A stretch of 64,000 nucleotides of DNA from Malacoraja senta (taxonomy: Eukaryota), in contig JAXLNO010003607.1 in NCBI GenBank assembly GCA_038087875.1, forward strand, positions 1-64,000, in the 5' to 3' direction. The position numbers and the translations under genes are program-made. The notes under the pieces are model-generated. The model was not told where the DNA came from. It saw only the letters and a program-made list of their open reading frames with translations, and searched no databases. The first letter of the stretch is position 1, and the number at the start of each line of letters is the position of its first letter. This document shows, piece after piece, positions 1-13,446 of this stretch.

Positions 1-160
1 GTAAGGTCATAAGGACTAGGAGTAGAATTAGAATTAGGCCATTCAGCCCATCAAATCTACTCCGCCATTCATTCAATCATGGCTGATCTATCTCTCCCTC
101 CTAACGCCATTCTCCTGCCTTCTCCCCATAACCTCTGACACCCGTACTAATCAAGAATCA
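1..160 (-). mobile_element. CR1 LINE 3' end fragment
   Basis: Reverse complement of the CR1 ORF2 end and 3' UTR seen elsewhere in the window (GYGEKAG..., gatcagccatgattgaat). Confidence 0.75.
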
Positions 161-1374
161 AGATCCTCCAGTACTTTTTTTTGCTCAAGATTTCAGCATC
201 CGCAGCCTCTTGTGTCTCTGAGCAATGTTCTGAAATGCTTAACAATCGATCAATGGAAGAAAGGGTCAAGGCATTGGGTCTGGGGACTGCAGGCTCGCTC
301 AAGCTGTCAAGAAGAGGGCAAGGATTTTAAAATGCAAGCATTGCCTGATTGGGAGTTAACGTGTATGGGTAACAAAATACACGGTTGAGTTGAAGGTCCA
401 TCGCTGCTTACAGAGTATTGCAGTGAATTCCAACTTTGTGCAAAGCCGCAGAGTGTACAGAAATAATATTGGAGTTCACTGCTGTTACTGGCAAAGAAAA
501 GACCACTAGAAAGTTCAGAGATACCTTCTGAGGTCAGCGCTATAAATGCCCAGATTATTATGATAATGACTTCAAGGGCTTGCAATGTGAAATTTGGGGA
601 TGGATATCATTGTAGTGATTGAAAATTAATTAGATGCAGAGTAACAAAAGGGGTGAGTATCATATAACCCCCTGTGGAGAAGGTCACTTATTCTCTCCAG
701 CATATTTGGAAGAACTTGTTTCTCATTAGTGTCTCCAGCCTGCATAAATTGGTGAGACAATATTCACCCTTTTGTTGCCTGAAGCTGAAGCTTCATAGCC
801 ATAAACTGCTGTTGTCAGATCAAACAGAAACTAATTAGATGAATGCAAAAGGCAATGGAATTTTAAGAATCTCCTGGCGTGGGGATTTGTCAAGGCTCTA
901 CCGTGATTGACTCCAGGCTCTGCGTACTCAATGCTTTGCATGCAAGATTTTCAACCTATTGCCTTTTTTTTTTCAACGTCCTCCTCTGATACAAGCCTCC
1001 TTGTACATCAAACAAACATCAGAACTGCTTTCATGCTGAGCGGTAGAGAAACCGAGGAAATTGTTGCAAAGTGGAGTATTCTGAGAGCTCCACCGACAAC
1101 CAGCCTTTCCTGATTCTGATTAGGAGCGTGAGGACATTGATGCAAAAGCTGCAGCCAGGCTGGGGAACCATGTCGGGCAGGTCTGTAAGCAAAACGGGAT
1201 GACTTGTTCACACAACCTCCATCGCTATGCAGCAAAATTATCTCGGCTAAAGCAACAATCTAATTGCCTTTTGATTCAGTGCATTTATTTAAAAATATAT
1301 TTCCATTCCATTGTCTTAAATTTAAAAGAAGAATGTGTTTCGAAACACAAGTTCAAATAACTTGCAAATGTAAA

Positions 1375-1735
1375 ACATAGAACAGCACAGGAACAGGCCC
1401 TTCAGCCCACAATGTCTGTGCTGAACATGATGCCAAACTAAAGTAATCTTTCTGCCTGCACATGATCCATATCCCTCCATGCCCTGCATATCCATGTGTA
1501 TATCTATAAGCCTCTTAAACGTCACAATTGTATATGCTTTCACCATCCTCCCTGGCAGTGCATTCCACAGATTCAGCACCCTCTGTGTGTAAAAAAAAAA
1601 ACTTGCCCTTAACATCTAACTTAAACTTTGCACTTCTCACCTTAAAGCCATGCCCACTAGCCTTAAGGTTCTGACTATCTACCTTATCTATGCCTGTCAT
1701 AATCTTATACTCTATCAGATCTCCTCTCAACCTCC
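1375..1735 (-). mobile_element. CR1 LINE 3' fragment
   Basis: Translates to RGDLIE.YKIM...FFTQRVLNLWNALP, the CR1 ORF2 C-terminus. Confidence 0.85.
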
Positions 1736-2039
1736 CGCAGATTGGGTCATTTACAGTTAGTCATATAAACATATTCTGGAATTAGATATATTTATTTTAA
1801 AATGATCGAGACTATGGATTGCTGTCAATAACCCATTGAATTGACTAATGTGAAGGGATCAATATCTTTATTCCTCACTCAGTCTGGACTGTATTTGACA
1901 CCAGGATTGATCCAGTTAGCCCATCAGGCTCCAGGAAATAATTATTTGGTTAGTTTGCTAGATGTTGTGACTGAATTAAAAAAATAATTGGGCTGGAGAA
2001 ATTAGACATTGGCTTCTTTTTTTCGACATTTTTCAGACT

Positions 2040-2500
2040 CTTCTTCCCGATGGCAGGAGAGAGATGAGAGTGTGGCCAGGGTGGTGTGGGTCTCTGATGA
2101 TGCTGGCTGCCTTTTTGAGGCATCGCCTCCTGCAGATCCCTACGATGGTGGGGAGGTCAGTACCTGTGATGGACCTTCAATGGTGGGGAGGTCAGTACCT
2201 GTGATGGACCTTCAATGGTGGGGAGGTCAGTACCTGTGATGGACCTTCGATAGTGGGGAGGACAGTACCCATGATGGACCTTCGATAGTGGGGAGAACAG
2301 TACCCATGATGGACCTTCGATAGTGGGGAGGTCAGTAGCTGTGATGGACCAGGCAGTGTCCACCACTCTGTATTCTCCCTCATTCCTGGGCGTTCAAGTT
2401 GGTGAACCAGGCCGTGAGGCAACCAGTCAGTATGCTCTACCTTACTCCTGTGGAAGTTGGAGAGACTATTTGTTGACCATTTGTCTATTCTGAATCTCCT
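2040..2500 (-). mobile_element. Rex1/Babar-like LINE ORF2 remnant
   Basis: Minus strand reads VDTAWSITxTDLPTIEG..RRCLKKAASIIRDPHHP. The same family recurs at 33.3-34.5, 37.1-38.0 and 41.1-41.6 kb. Confidence 0.6.
2143..2350. repeat. 35-bp minisatellite, about 6 copies, inside the LINE remnant
   Basis: Unit GATGGACCTTC(A/G)AT(G/A)GTGGGGAGGTCAGTACCTGT; copies start at 2168 and 2203; no spacers. Confidence 0.9.
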
Positions 2501-3654
2501 CGCCAGCCCGCCGCATAACCCAGCAACAGCGTGTTCCAAAGCATAGAGCTGGTTCAGTCCCCGTGTTACGTACGTTCCACCAACGTGGCAGTGTTGGTAG
2601 CAGGGTTGTGTGCAGGACATTGGCAGAGTACCCGTGTGAATGGCTCCATGCATCCCCCGCCCAGTCTGTCTACCAGCCTGGCACTGCGTTACATCGGAGA
2701 AGTGCCACAACTATCCTGCTCCGTTTCACAACCCACTTTAGCTCGTTATGAAGACAATAATAGTGCAAGACATCTTCAGAATGAAGATAATGTGGAATTT
2801 ATTTTACCAGAGGGTGGTGAATCGATGGTATTTATGGCCACAGACAGCTGTGGAGGCCAAATCAATGGGTATTTTTTAACATATTGACTGATAGATTCAT
2901 GATTAGTATGGGTGTCATAGGTTACAGTGAGAGGGAGAGATAGTTCAGTCATAATTGAATGGTGGGGTAGAATAAATGGACTGAATAGCCTAATTCTGTT
3001 CCTTATGGTCTGGCTTTGATAGGAATGGTTTAGAGGGATATGGGTAAATGCAGGCAAATAGGACTACCTTGGTTGGCATGAATGTGTTGAGCTGAAGAAG
3101 GGTCTAGACCCAAAATGTCACCTATTCCTTCTCTCCAGAGATGCTGCTTGTCCCGCTGAGTTACTCCAGCTTTTTGTCCATCTCATTGTTAGTCTGAAGG
3201 ACTTGTTTCCTGGCTGAATGACAGACTCTATTTCCCTCCAAGGATGTTGTCTGACATGCTGAGTTTCAGAGACCAAAGAGGTTTCTAGTTAGAAAAGCTG
3301 CATATGCGCAAGTATATAAACCGTAGGCGTCCTGATATTTCACTCCAGTATCTCTTTGTGGCATCATTTTATTTTCTTGTTTCCCCAGATTAAATTGACC
3401 TAGATAATGTGTGAAGGTTAAGATGAGCTGTTTGTGATTATGTGAAGTTTTCTGACATTTGCTGCACATACATTTCACACTGGTGATGTTATAACTCAGA
3501 TCAGACGTGGCCTAGTTAGATTATACTCCAGCAGTCGGGACACAGCTGGAAACAAGGCAACAGGGCATGGAATAGATGGAATAAGAAATGCCATTCATAA
3601 AGCAGATGCAGAAATCTGAAGCAGACAGCAAATTGCTGGAATAACGCAGCAGGT

Positions 3655-3960
3655 CCAGAACCAGGGGACACTGTTTAAGAATATTTAAGTCATTAAGAAC
3701 GGAGACGAGGAAACACTTTTTCACACAGAGAATTGTGAGTCTGTGGAATTCTCTACATCAGAGGGTGGTGGAGTCCAGTTCTCTGGATACTTTCAAGAGA
3801 GAGCTAGATATGACTTTTAAAGATAGCAGAGTCAGGGGATATGGGGAGATGGCAGGAACAGGGTACTGATTGTGGATGATCAGCCATGATCACATTGAAT
3901 GACGGTGCTGGCTCGATGGGCCAAATGGCCTACTCCTGCACCTATTGTCTATTGTCTATC
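3655..3960 (+). mobile_element. CR1 LINE 3' end with (CTATTGT)n tail
   Basis: RTRGH...FFTQRIVSLWNSL, followed by the 3' UTR and a cctattgtctattgtctat tail. Confidence 0.85.
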
Positions 3961-5829
3961 TGTGGAGTAGAGGGATGGTCAACGTTTCAGATACTGATAT
4001 AGGCAGGATTCCTCACAGGGTGACTCAGTGAGGGGCAACCTTCAACATGAGGGCCACTGGTTGTTTCAGGGTGGTGGGGGGGGGGGGTTGCATTGTGTAT
4101 TAGCCCCTCCCCACCCAAGGACCAGCACAGGAACCATTGGGGTCATGAGTCTCTGTAACTGCCCAGCTCCTTAGCCTGCGACTGATGCAGACCTTCCTGC
4201 TTCCTAAGGCCAGAGCTGGCAGGACACACAACCATGGCAGGGGCAGCATTGCCACGTTTATCTTAATATCTTGTATCAGAGAGGGAGGCCATTCAGCCCA
4301 CTGGGTCTGTGCTCGCCCATCAGACCTGGGTACATGTGACAGTAATAATCCTACAGCAGTAAGCCCGTCTCTCATACGCTGCAACCCTGCCACTCACCCA
4401 TCCCAGGGGAATCAGCGGCATGTTTTGTGTAGGAAAGAACTGCAGATGCTGGTTTAAATCTAAGATAGACACAAAATGCTGGAGTAACTTAGTGGGACAA
4501 GCAGCATCTCTGGAGAGAAGGAATGGGTGACATTTCGGGTCGAGACCCTTCTTCAGACATGTTTTGGCGTGTGGGGGAAAATCAGACTCCCCGCGGAAAC
4601 CCACAGGGACGTGCAAACTTCACACAGGCAGCACCAGAAGTCGGTATTGAAGACGACAGCAGCACTAACCGCTGCATGGCTTTGCCCCGCATTGTTAATG
4701 TTCACCATGTGTATCTTCTTCTTGCGTATGGCGTGCACAGCCTAAAGTTGTAGGACAACTTGTTCTGTTTGATCTTATTTGATTGGGTTGGGTTGATTGC
4801 ATTCGTCGAAACAGGGCGGAACATGTGAAGGTTGCAATCTCCCACCCTACCATGTGTATCTGATGGGGTTTGAGTTCCCTGATTGAGGAACGTAACAACA
4901 GAAGCCAGATATTCTTCAGGAGCATCCATAGTTTTAAGCACTCAACAGAATCTATCAATTACCAACAATCTATGACAGAAGCAATTTATTCCAATAGCAA
5001 CTTTGATTGAATTTTTTTAAATTAATCTTGATCAAGATGACATGACAATCGTATTCTTTACCATTTCTTTCCATGGTCTCCTGCCAGAGTCTCCACAAAC
5101 AGCGCCTCCACCAGTGGCAAATATCCAATCCTCGAGCAACCACAAGTTCTGGATTGCTTGGTGGAGAGGTCTCACAAAGACCAGGTTGTTGACCAGTGTG
5201 AGGATGGGTGTGGAGCAGCAGTGCGCAGTTGGGCTGCAGACCCCGATTTCCCATCCCTTTCAATTAACAGAAGGAAAGTAAAGGGAAATGGGCCATGTGG
5301 TTGATGGGGCCAGCACACGGGAGACCTGTGGGGGCAGCCCTGGTCAACACAGGGAATACATTTAAAACTCAATTAAATGTTGCCAAATACAAAGGATTCT
5401 CATGTAGCTTTAAGGCGATGGAGTCATAACCAACAGGGAGATAATTGACCTCACTCGGAGATGCAACAAACTGCAGATGCTGGAATCTCGAGCAAGTCGT
5501 GCAACATCTGTGGAAGGAATGGACAGACAATGTACCTGGTCGGGACACTTCAGACTGATGGAGTAGGGGGGAGAAAGCTGGATAAGAGGTGGGGATGAGG
5601 TAAAGGCTGGCAAGTGATAAGTGAATACAGGTGAGGGGGAGAGTGATTAGATTGTGAAGATGTTGGTGGGGGGTAAAAACATTGCATGGTGAATTTTTAC
5701 ACACGTTCTTACTGAGGTATTGATGACTTTAGTATTTAACACACTCAACTGATAAGGTATCAAGCAGAATATCTCAGAATATCTCCAGAGTTACAAAGTG
5801 ATTGTGTTACTGATGGCAGTCTGTTGCAT

Positions 5830-6155
5830 CTTTAGATTTAGTTTAGTTTAGAGATACAGCACAGAAACAGGCCCTTCGGCCCACCGAGTCCATGCCAACC
5901 AGCGATCCCTGTACATTAACACTATCCTACACACACTAAGGACAATTTACACATACACCAAGCCAATTAACCTACAAACGTGTACGTCTTTGGAGTGTGG
6001 GAGGAATCCGAAGATCTCCGAGAAAAGCCATGTGGTCACGGGGAGAATGTACAAACTCCGTCCAGACAGCACCCATAGATGGGCTCGGACCCGGCTCTCC
6101 GGTGCTGCAAGCTCCGTAAGGCAGCAACTCTACCACTGTGCCACCGTGTTGCCCT
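5830..6155 (-). mobile_element. tRNA-derived V-SINE (elasmobranch HE1-like)
   Basis: Minus strand has an A-box (TGGCACAGTGG), a B-box-like GGTCCGAGCCC, a V-domain (ggagtttgtacattctccccgtgacc), a CR1-like 3' end and a (CTAAA)n tail. Further copies lie at about 17030-17315 and 21095-21350. Confidence 0.75.
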
Positions 6156-7475
6156 TAGGTGAAAGCAGATTGAATCAGAAGGAAGTTACTGTCAGTGTTC
6201 TATTCTTTATGAGGACAGGAGTGAGGAGCATCTCCTAATGGCAAGGCCTGCTGAAGAATCTCTGCTCAGGGCAGCGTACAAACCCAAAGGCCAGGACCTT
6301 CTGCTCAAGCCCTGTGGCGTTCTGGATCACATCAAGAAATATTTTATTCTGGCAGCGTCTGATTGGGAGGAGCCTTGGGAAGAGAGGGCTAGTAGACTGA
6401 GAGGAAAGACCATCCCTGGCTCCTGACCTGCTGATGAGTGGGGTCATGGATTAGGGTCTGATGGGGGAGGTGACTGCCTTTGGTTGATGTTGTTAAGGTT
6501 GTTGTTTTGGTGGGGCACATCAGGGGATGCTTTATCTAACCGTCTGCCTATCGACCCCCCCCCCCCCTCACATGTGCTTGGCTATTACCTGACTTGCTTT
6601 GTCCGGCCTCTCCTCTCTCCCAGCTTTCTATTCCTCTCCCCTACAATCAGACTTAAGATGGGTCCAGACTAAAAATGTTACCTATCCATGTTCTCCAGAG
6701 ATGCTGCCTGACCCACTGAGTTGCTCCATCACTTTGTTAATTTTGTTTAGCTCCACTAGTCTATTCTACTTCTCTTGCTGTTTGGTAGCACGCTCAGTTC
6801 TATCTTCAGTTAATGGTATTTACTATGGCTGATGTAACAGTGAAGTGTCAAGTAACTAATCTCCTTGACATTGTAGTATTTGTTCTGTAATGGGATGAAT
6901 GAATTGTGGGCTAAACACATATGGATCTACTTTCACCAGTTAAACTGTCAGAAGCGACGGCAGGACATGACCAGAGGAGCGGGCTGGATATATACAGAGC
7001 GGTCAATACTAGAACCAGCAAGTAACCCAACTATTTAGTCAGTAAGGAAAGTCTCCGATCAAAATACGAAATTGATTGATTGAAAGATGCAGCATGTTAA
7101 CAGGCCCCTCGGCCCACCGAGTCCATGCCGACCATCGATCACCAGTTCACACTAGTTCTATGTTATCCCATTTTCTCATCTTTGGATAGAAGGAATGAGT
7201 GAGGTTTCAGGTCGGAAGAAGAGCCTCGCCCCGAAAGGTCACCCATTCCTTCTCTACAGAGATGCTGCCTGTCCCGCTGAGTTACTCCAGGAGGGTCTGT
7301 CTTCGTGAACGGATCCAAGCCTCCCTCGGTGAATTCACAATGACCCACTGCGCGCGGAGGAGTGTGTGACTGCTTACCTGGGGCCATGTTAACATGCACG
7401 CAGTTCCTTGTTCAGAGCGAGTTCCTGACAAACTCCTCCCCTCTTTTGCAGGTGGTGCTACTCGTCAGCTTCATC

Positions 7476-7604
7476 ATGGTGAAGGCCGGGTACAGCTTCT
7501 CCGACAAGCCACTGAAGGAGCAGGGAGCAGACGATGGCTTTGATAACATCCCCCTGATCACTCCGCTGGATGTCAACCAGCTAGAGCAGCCCCTTCCTGA
7601 GAAG
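7476..7604 (+). CDS. CALY: Calcyon coding exon 1 (MVKAGYSFSDKPLKEQGADDGFDNIPLITPLDVNQLEQPLPEK)
   Basis: Acceptor ttttgcag ends at 7451, ATG at 7476 in ATCATGG context, donor AAG|gtatgt after 7604. The motif DGFDxIPLITPLDVNQL is the N-terminus of the NSG1/NSG2/CALY family. Confidence 0.93.
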
Positions 7605-7749
7605 GTATGTAGACATCCAGTCAGTACACAGACCCCATGTACACAGGCCCCATGTACACTGGCCCCTGTGCCCTGGGAGAACTTCGATAGAGCATTCTGT
7701 GACATCCCGAATCTCCTCAATGTGCGTGCGCAGGAAGTGGAGGCGTTGA

Positions 7750-7975
7750 AACATAGAAAATAGGTGCAGTAGGCCATTCGGCCCTTCGAGGCTGCACCGC
7801 CATTCAATATGATCATGGCTGATCATCCAACTCAGTATCCTGTACCTGCCTTCTCTCCATACCCCCTGATCCCTTTAGCCACAAGGGCCACATCTAACTC
7901 CCTCTTAAATATAGCCAATGAACTGGCCTCAACTACCTTCTGTGGCAGAGAATTCCACAGATTCACCACTCTCTT
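7750..7975 (-). mobile_element. Young CR1 3' end fragment in a CALY intron
   Basis: Nearly identical to 51080-51370 and 58060-58300. Confidence 0.85.
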
Positions 7976-8946
7976 TACCAACTCTTTACCACCATTTTAT
8001 CATTCAATAATGAAGTTTGAATGGGGGAGGGATTGGCAGAATGTGAGCGAGACGGCTTGCTGGAGTTTGCTGGAAGCTGACAGGGAGATGATTCTCGGCC
8101 TTCCCTGGGTACCTGGTGCCAGGTGCAGCACAGGAGCAGAGCCGTCAGTGGTTGTTCTCATCCGTGACGGTGGCACCAATGTGGCTTTGCCGTCCCTTTC
8201 ACATCCATCTATTACTTTGCTGTAAAAAAGGACACGGAGTGCTGGAGTAACTCAGCGGGACAGGCAGCATCTGTGGAGAACATGGATAGGTGACGTTTTG
8301 GGCCGGGATCCTTCTTCAGACTGATTGTAGGGAGAGTGGGAAAGACAGCTGTGAGGACAAAGCGTGGTGGGTAACAGGAGGAGGGGACAGTCTTGACAGG
8401 AAGATGGCTGGAACAAACAGATTAAAGCAGCAGGTGTAAATTAAAGGGTTGAAGAGCTGCAAATTGTGAACCCGGAGTCTGTTTGTGTGACAGTTTCACT
8501 CCTGACTCTCGAGAGTTAGGGCGAGGAAACAGAAATATTGTCTAATGGGGCAGACCCATGGGCATTTGATGAGTCATTGTGTCATACAGCATGGAAACAG
8601 GCCCTTCGGCCCAACTTGCCCACACTGATCAACATGCCCATCCACACTAGTCCATTTGTCTGCATTGGGCCCATATCTCTCTCAACCTTTCCCATCCATG
8701 TACCTGTCCAAGTGTCTATTAAATGTTGTCATAGTACCTTCCTCAACTGCATTCTCTGGCAGCTTGTTCCATATACTCAATCAACTCTGTGTGTGAAAAG
8801 GTTATCCCTCGGGTTCCTGTTAAATCTTTCATGTCTCCTTAAACACATGGTTCTTGATTCCCCCACCCTGGGTAAACGAGTGTGTGCATGAATCCTACTG
8901 CACTCTGGTGCTGGCTGGAACTGACCTGTGCACCTGTCCACTGCAG

Positions 8947-9066
8947 GTGGTGGTGAAGACTAGGACCGAGTACCAGATCCAGCAGAAGAAGAAGAGGAAG
9001 CTGCATATCCCTGGCATCAAGAAGCTCAACATCAACTTCTACGCCGAGTTCTCTGAGAAAGTGAAG
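8947..9066 (+). CDS. CALY: Calcyon coding exon 2 (VVVKTRTEYQIQQKKKRKLHIPGIKKLNINFYAEFSEKVK)
   Basis: ctgcag|GTG acceptor and AAG|gtaatc donor, 120 nt, phase 0. VVVKTRTEY family motif. Confidence 0.93.
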
Positions 9067-9222
9067 GTAATCTGCACCACCCGCCGCATGTCCAAACGTT
9101 CTGCCCCTTCAGTCCTCGCTCTGCCGCTGGACCATTAGGTGACCTCCTCACGGGCATTACTGGATATTCCCCCTAGTGGGAGAGTCTAGGACCAGAGGGC
9201 AAAGTCTCAGAATAAAAGGATG

Positions 9223-9673
9223 GCAGAACATGTCCCGAAGGCTGTGTTGCCTACCCGGTGCTAGGGTTAAGGATATCTCTGCGATGCTGGAGAGAAATTT
9301 GCAGAGTGAGGGGGAGGATCCAGTGGTCGTGGTCCATGTGGGGACCAATGACATAGGAAGGACGAGGAAGGAGGATCTGCTGAACGAGTTTGAGCAGTTA
9401 GGGAATAAATTAAAAAGCAGAACCTCGAGGGTACTGATCTCCGGATTGCTACCTGAGCCACGGGCCAAATCGGCGAGGGTACGAAAAATTAAAAAGCTGA
9501 ATGCGTGGCTCAAAGACTGGTGTGGGAAAAATGGGTTTGGTTTCTTGGGCCACTGGCACCAGTACTGGGACAGGGGGGATCTGTTCTGTAAGGACGGACT
9601 TCACCTGAACGGTGCTGGGACTGGGGTCCTGGCAAATCATATAACTAGGGCAGTAGAGAGGTCTTTAAACTAA
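9223..9673 (+). CDS. CR1 ORF1 C-terminal SGNH/GDSL esterase domain (5'-truncated)
   Basis: Motifs CLPGA, VHVGTNDIG and DGLHLN. The first 15 aa of the tracked ORF come from the older host CR1. Confidence 0.85.
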
Positions 9674-9762
9674 GTAGCGGGGGGGAGGTATCAAGGGGGG
9701 TAATAACGGCAGGGGTAGAGGAAATAGAGCAGGGTATCAGTGGGGAAACGGAAAATCAAAAT

Positions 9763-12658
9763 GTGACAGGAGGATCCAGAATGTGTGAAGATAAAGCTCT
9801 AGATGTAAAAGGGGCAAAAACAGAAAGGAAGGGTAGTAAAAATCATCTGAAAGTGCTGTATCTAAATGCACGGAGTATTCGAAATAAGATAAATGAATTA
9901 ACGGTGCAATTAAGTACATATAGTTATGATATCGTGGCCATTACGGAGACATGGCTGCAAGGGGATCAGGATTGGGAGTTAAATATAGAGGGGTACTCGA
10001 CAATTAGAAAAGATAGACAGGAAAGAAAGGGAGGAGGGGTGGCCCTTTTAATAAGGGAGGGAATAACGGCAATAGAGAGGAAGGATATTGCGTTGAAGGA
10101 TCAGGATAGTGAAACAGCTTGGGTACAGATAGAGAATAACAAGGGGAAAAAAACACTAGTGGGTGTAATTTATAGACCTCCAAATAGCTGTGACGCTGTT
10201 AGTCAGAACATAAATCTGCAAATAGTTGACGCATGTAAAAAGGGAACTGCTGTAATCATGGGGGACTTCAATTTTCATATTAATTGGGCAAACCAAACTG
10301 GGCAGGGTAGACTAGAGGAAGAGTTTATAGAATGTATTAGAGACGGGTTCCTAGAACAGTATGTCACAGAACCGACAAGGAGGGAGGCAATCTTGGATCT
10401 GGTCCTGTGTAATGAAGCAGGATTAATTAAAAATGTCATAGTTAGGGACTCGTTGGGAACAAGTGACCACAATATGGTCGAATTCCATATTCAAATAGAA
10501 GGAGAGCAGGTTGAAACTCAGGCTAGGGTACTTAGTCTAAATAAAGGGGATTATGAAGGTATGAGGACTGAGCTGATCAAAGTTGACTGGGATAGCAGAC
10601 TCAAGAATAAGACGGTACATGAGCAGTGGTGTACGTTTAAGGATCTACTGTATAACCTTCAAGAAAAATTTATTCCTATGAAGAAAAAAAGGGGTAAGGG
10701 AAAGAACAGTCAGCCATGGCTCAGTAAAACTATAAAGGATAGTATTCGGCTGAAGGCAAGGGCATATAAGGTAGCTAGAGATAGTGGGAGGGTAGAGGAT
10801 TGGGAAGCATTTAAAGGTCAGCAAAAAATAACTAAGAGATTAATTAAGACGGGGAAAATAGACTATGAAAGGAATTTAGCGAACAACATAAAAACTAATA
10901 GTAAGAGTTTTTATAGCTATATAAAAAGAAAAAGGGTGGCTAAGGTGAACGTTGGTCCATTGGAGGGTGAGACTGGAGAGTTGTTGGTGGGGAACATGGA
11001 AATGGCAAAGGCATTAAACGAGTATTTTGTATCAGTCTTCACCATAGAAGACACAAAAAATATTCCAACGCTGGATAAACAGGGGGCGGTAGGAATGGAG
11101 GAGCTAAATACTATTAAGATCACCAAGGAGGTGGTATTAGGGAAATTAATGAGACTGAAGGAGGATAAATCCCCTGGGCCTGATGGATTACATCCAAGGG
11201 TCTTGAGGGAGATAGCGGTGGGGATTGTGGATGCATTGGTGATAATTTTCCAAAACTCCCTGGAGGCAGGAACGGTCCCAGTGGATTGGAAAATGGCCAA
11301 TGTAACACCTATATTTAAAAAAGGAAGTAAACAGAAGGCGGGTAACTATAGACCGGTTAGTCTAACATCGGTGGTGGGTAAAATGTTAGAGACAATTATT
11401 AAAGAAACACTAACGGGGCACTTGGATAAACATGACTTCATCGGACAGAACCAGCATGGTTTTGTGAAGGGGAAGTCCTGTTTAACGAATCTGCTCGAAT
11501 TCTTTGAGGAAGTAACAACCCGGGTGGATAAAGGGGAACCGGTGGATGTGGTATACTTGGACTTCCAAAAGGCTTTTGACAAGGTGCCACATAAGAGACT
11601 ATTGCTAAAAATAAAAAATTATGGGATTGGGGGTAATATATTAGCATGGGTAGAGGATTGGCTAACAAATAGGAAGCAGAGAGTGGGGATAAATGGTTCA
11701 TACTCGGGATGGCAACCGGTAACTAGCGGGGTTCCGCAAGGGTCGGTGCTGGGACCCCAGTTGTTCACAATTTATATAAATGATTTGGAGGAGGGAACCA
11801 AGTGTAATATATCAAAATTTGCGGACGATACAAAAATGGGAGGAAAAGTAGGGGATGAGGAGGATAGGAAGAGTCTGCAAAAGGATATAGATAAGCTAGG
11901 TGAGTGGGCAACAACTTGGCAGATGAAATTTAATACTAATAAATGTGAAGTCATTCACTTTGGGGAAAAAAAATGATAGGGCAAGTTATTTTCTAAATGA
12001 GGTGGAGCTGCGTTGTAATGCAACGCAAAGGGATCTAGGGGTAGTAGTACATGAATCACTAAAAGTTAGTATGCAGGTGCAGCAAGCAATCAGGAAGGCC
12101 AATGGAGTTTTGGCCTTTATTGCTAGGGGGATTGAGTATAAAAACACGGAGGTCTTGCTGCAGCTGTACACAGTATTAGTGAGACCACATTTGGAATACT
12201 GTGTACAGTTCTGGGGTCCATACTTAAGAAAGGATGTACTGGCCCTGGAGGCAGTGCAGCGAAGGTTTACAAGATTAATTCCTGCAATGAGGGGATTGAC
12301 ATATGAGGAAAGGTTAAGTAGGCTGGAACTCTACTCTTTGGAGTTTAGAAGAATGAGAGGCGATCTCATTGAAACATATAAGATCGTGAGGGGCCTTGAT
12401 CGGGTGGATGCACCGAGGATGTTCCCAATGATCGGGGAAACTAGAACTAGGGGACATAGTTGTAGAATAAGAGGGGGCTCTTTTAAAACTGAGATGAGGA
12501 AGAACTTCTTCACCCAGAGGGTGCTTAATTTATGGAATTCACTGCCCCAGGGAGCAGTGGAAGCAGAAACATTAAATATATTTAAGTCTAAAATAGATGG
12601 TTTTTTAGCTGCCAAGGGGATAAGGGGCTACGGGGAGAGGGCAGGGATATGGACCTAG
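9763..12658 (+). CDS. CR1 ORF2 (AP endonuclease + reverse transcriptase) split by one frameshift
   Basis: Motifs LNARS, ITETWL, GDFN, SDH, PGPDG, QHGF, LDFQKAFD, GVPQGS and FADD. The two ORFs (9763-11976, 11945-12658) join if one base is removed from GGGG-A8 at 11962-11973. Confidence 0.93.
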
Positions 12659-12993
12659 GTATGGTTAGTATAGTAAGACCTGAGTGATCTCCTGGACAAG
12701 TGTCGATCGCCTGGATTGGGGTCGGAGAGGAATTTCCCGGATTTTTTTCCCGAATTGGACCTGGGTTTTTATCCGGTTTTTTGCCTCCCCCAGGAGATCA
12801 CGCGGTTCTTGGGGTGGAGAGGGGTGATAGCGATATAAAGGGGAGGGTAGTGTCTTGTGTTCTGTGTCTTGTGTCTACTGTTTGTGGGTAAGGGTGTCTG
12901 TTTAGTGTTCAGCCATGAGCGAATGGCGGTGCGGGCTCGATGGGCCTGGTGGTCTACTCTCGCACCTACTTTCTATGTTTCTATGTTTCTATG

Positions 12994-13262
12994 ATGCACT
13001 TTAGAAAGGAGATGTGATGGAATTTCTTTAGTCAGAGGGTGGTGAATCTATGGAATTCATTGCCACAGACAGCTGTGGAGGCCAAGTCAGTGGGTATTTT
13101 TAAAGCGGAGATTGATAGATTATTGATTAGCAAGGGTGTCAGGTGTTATGGGGAGAAGGCAGGAGAATGGGGTTGAGAGAGAAAGATGGATCAGTCATGA
13201 TTGAATAGTGGAGCAGACTTGTTGGGCTGAATGGCCTCACTCTGCTCCAATGTCTTATGGTG
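12994..13262 (+). mobile_element. Older CR1 3' fragment; its 5' part is at about 9160-9222
   Basis: Continues the RIKG|C/H.FRKEM..FFSQRVVNLWN sequence across the young insertion. Confidence 0.8.
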
Positions 13263-13275
13263 TTATTTGCTTTGA

Positions 13276-13446
<171 letters not shown>

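Larger units (their letters stand above)
9223..12993 (+). mobile_element. Young 5'-truncated CR1 LINE (partial ORF1 + ORF2) in a CALY intron
   Basis: Contains an esterase ORF1, an APE+RT ORF2 and a (TTCTATGT)n tail. It interrupts an older CR1 fragment (agaataaaaggatg|...|cactttagaaaggagatg). Confidence 0.95.

Noticed and set aside
2143-2350. 35-bp repeats resembling a CRISPR array
   Set aside because: Units are contiguous with no unique spacers, derive from a LINE, and the DNA is vertebrate.
1-7451. CALY promoter or first non-coding exon
   Set aside because: The acceptor at 7451 implies an upstream exon, but no convincing promoter or donor can be identified; it may lie outside the window.
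11962-11976. Programmed ribosomal frameshift in CR1 ORF2
   Set aside because: Other CR1 copies here read through this site in one frame (HFGGKNRK), so a homopolymer indel is simpler.
10275-12615. Minus-strand ORFs overlapping the CR1
   Set aside because: Antisense shadows of ORF2 with no independent motifs.
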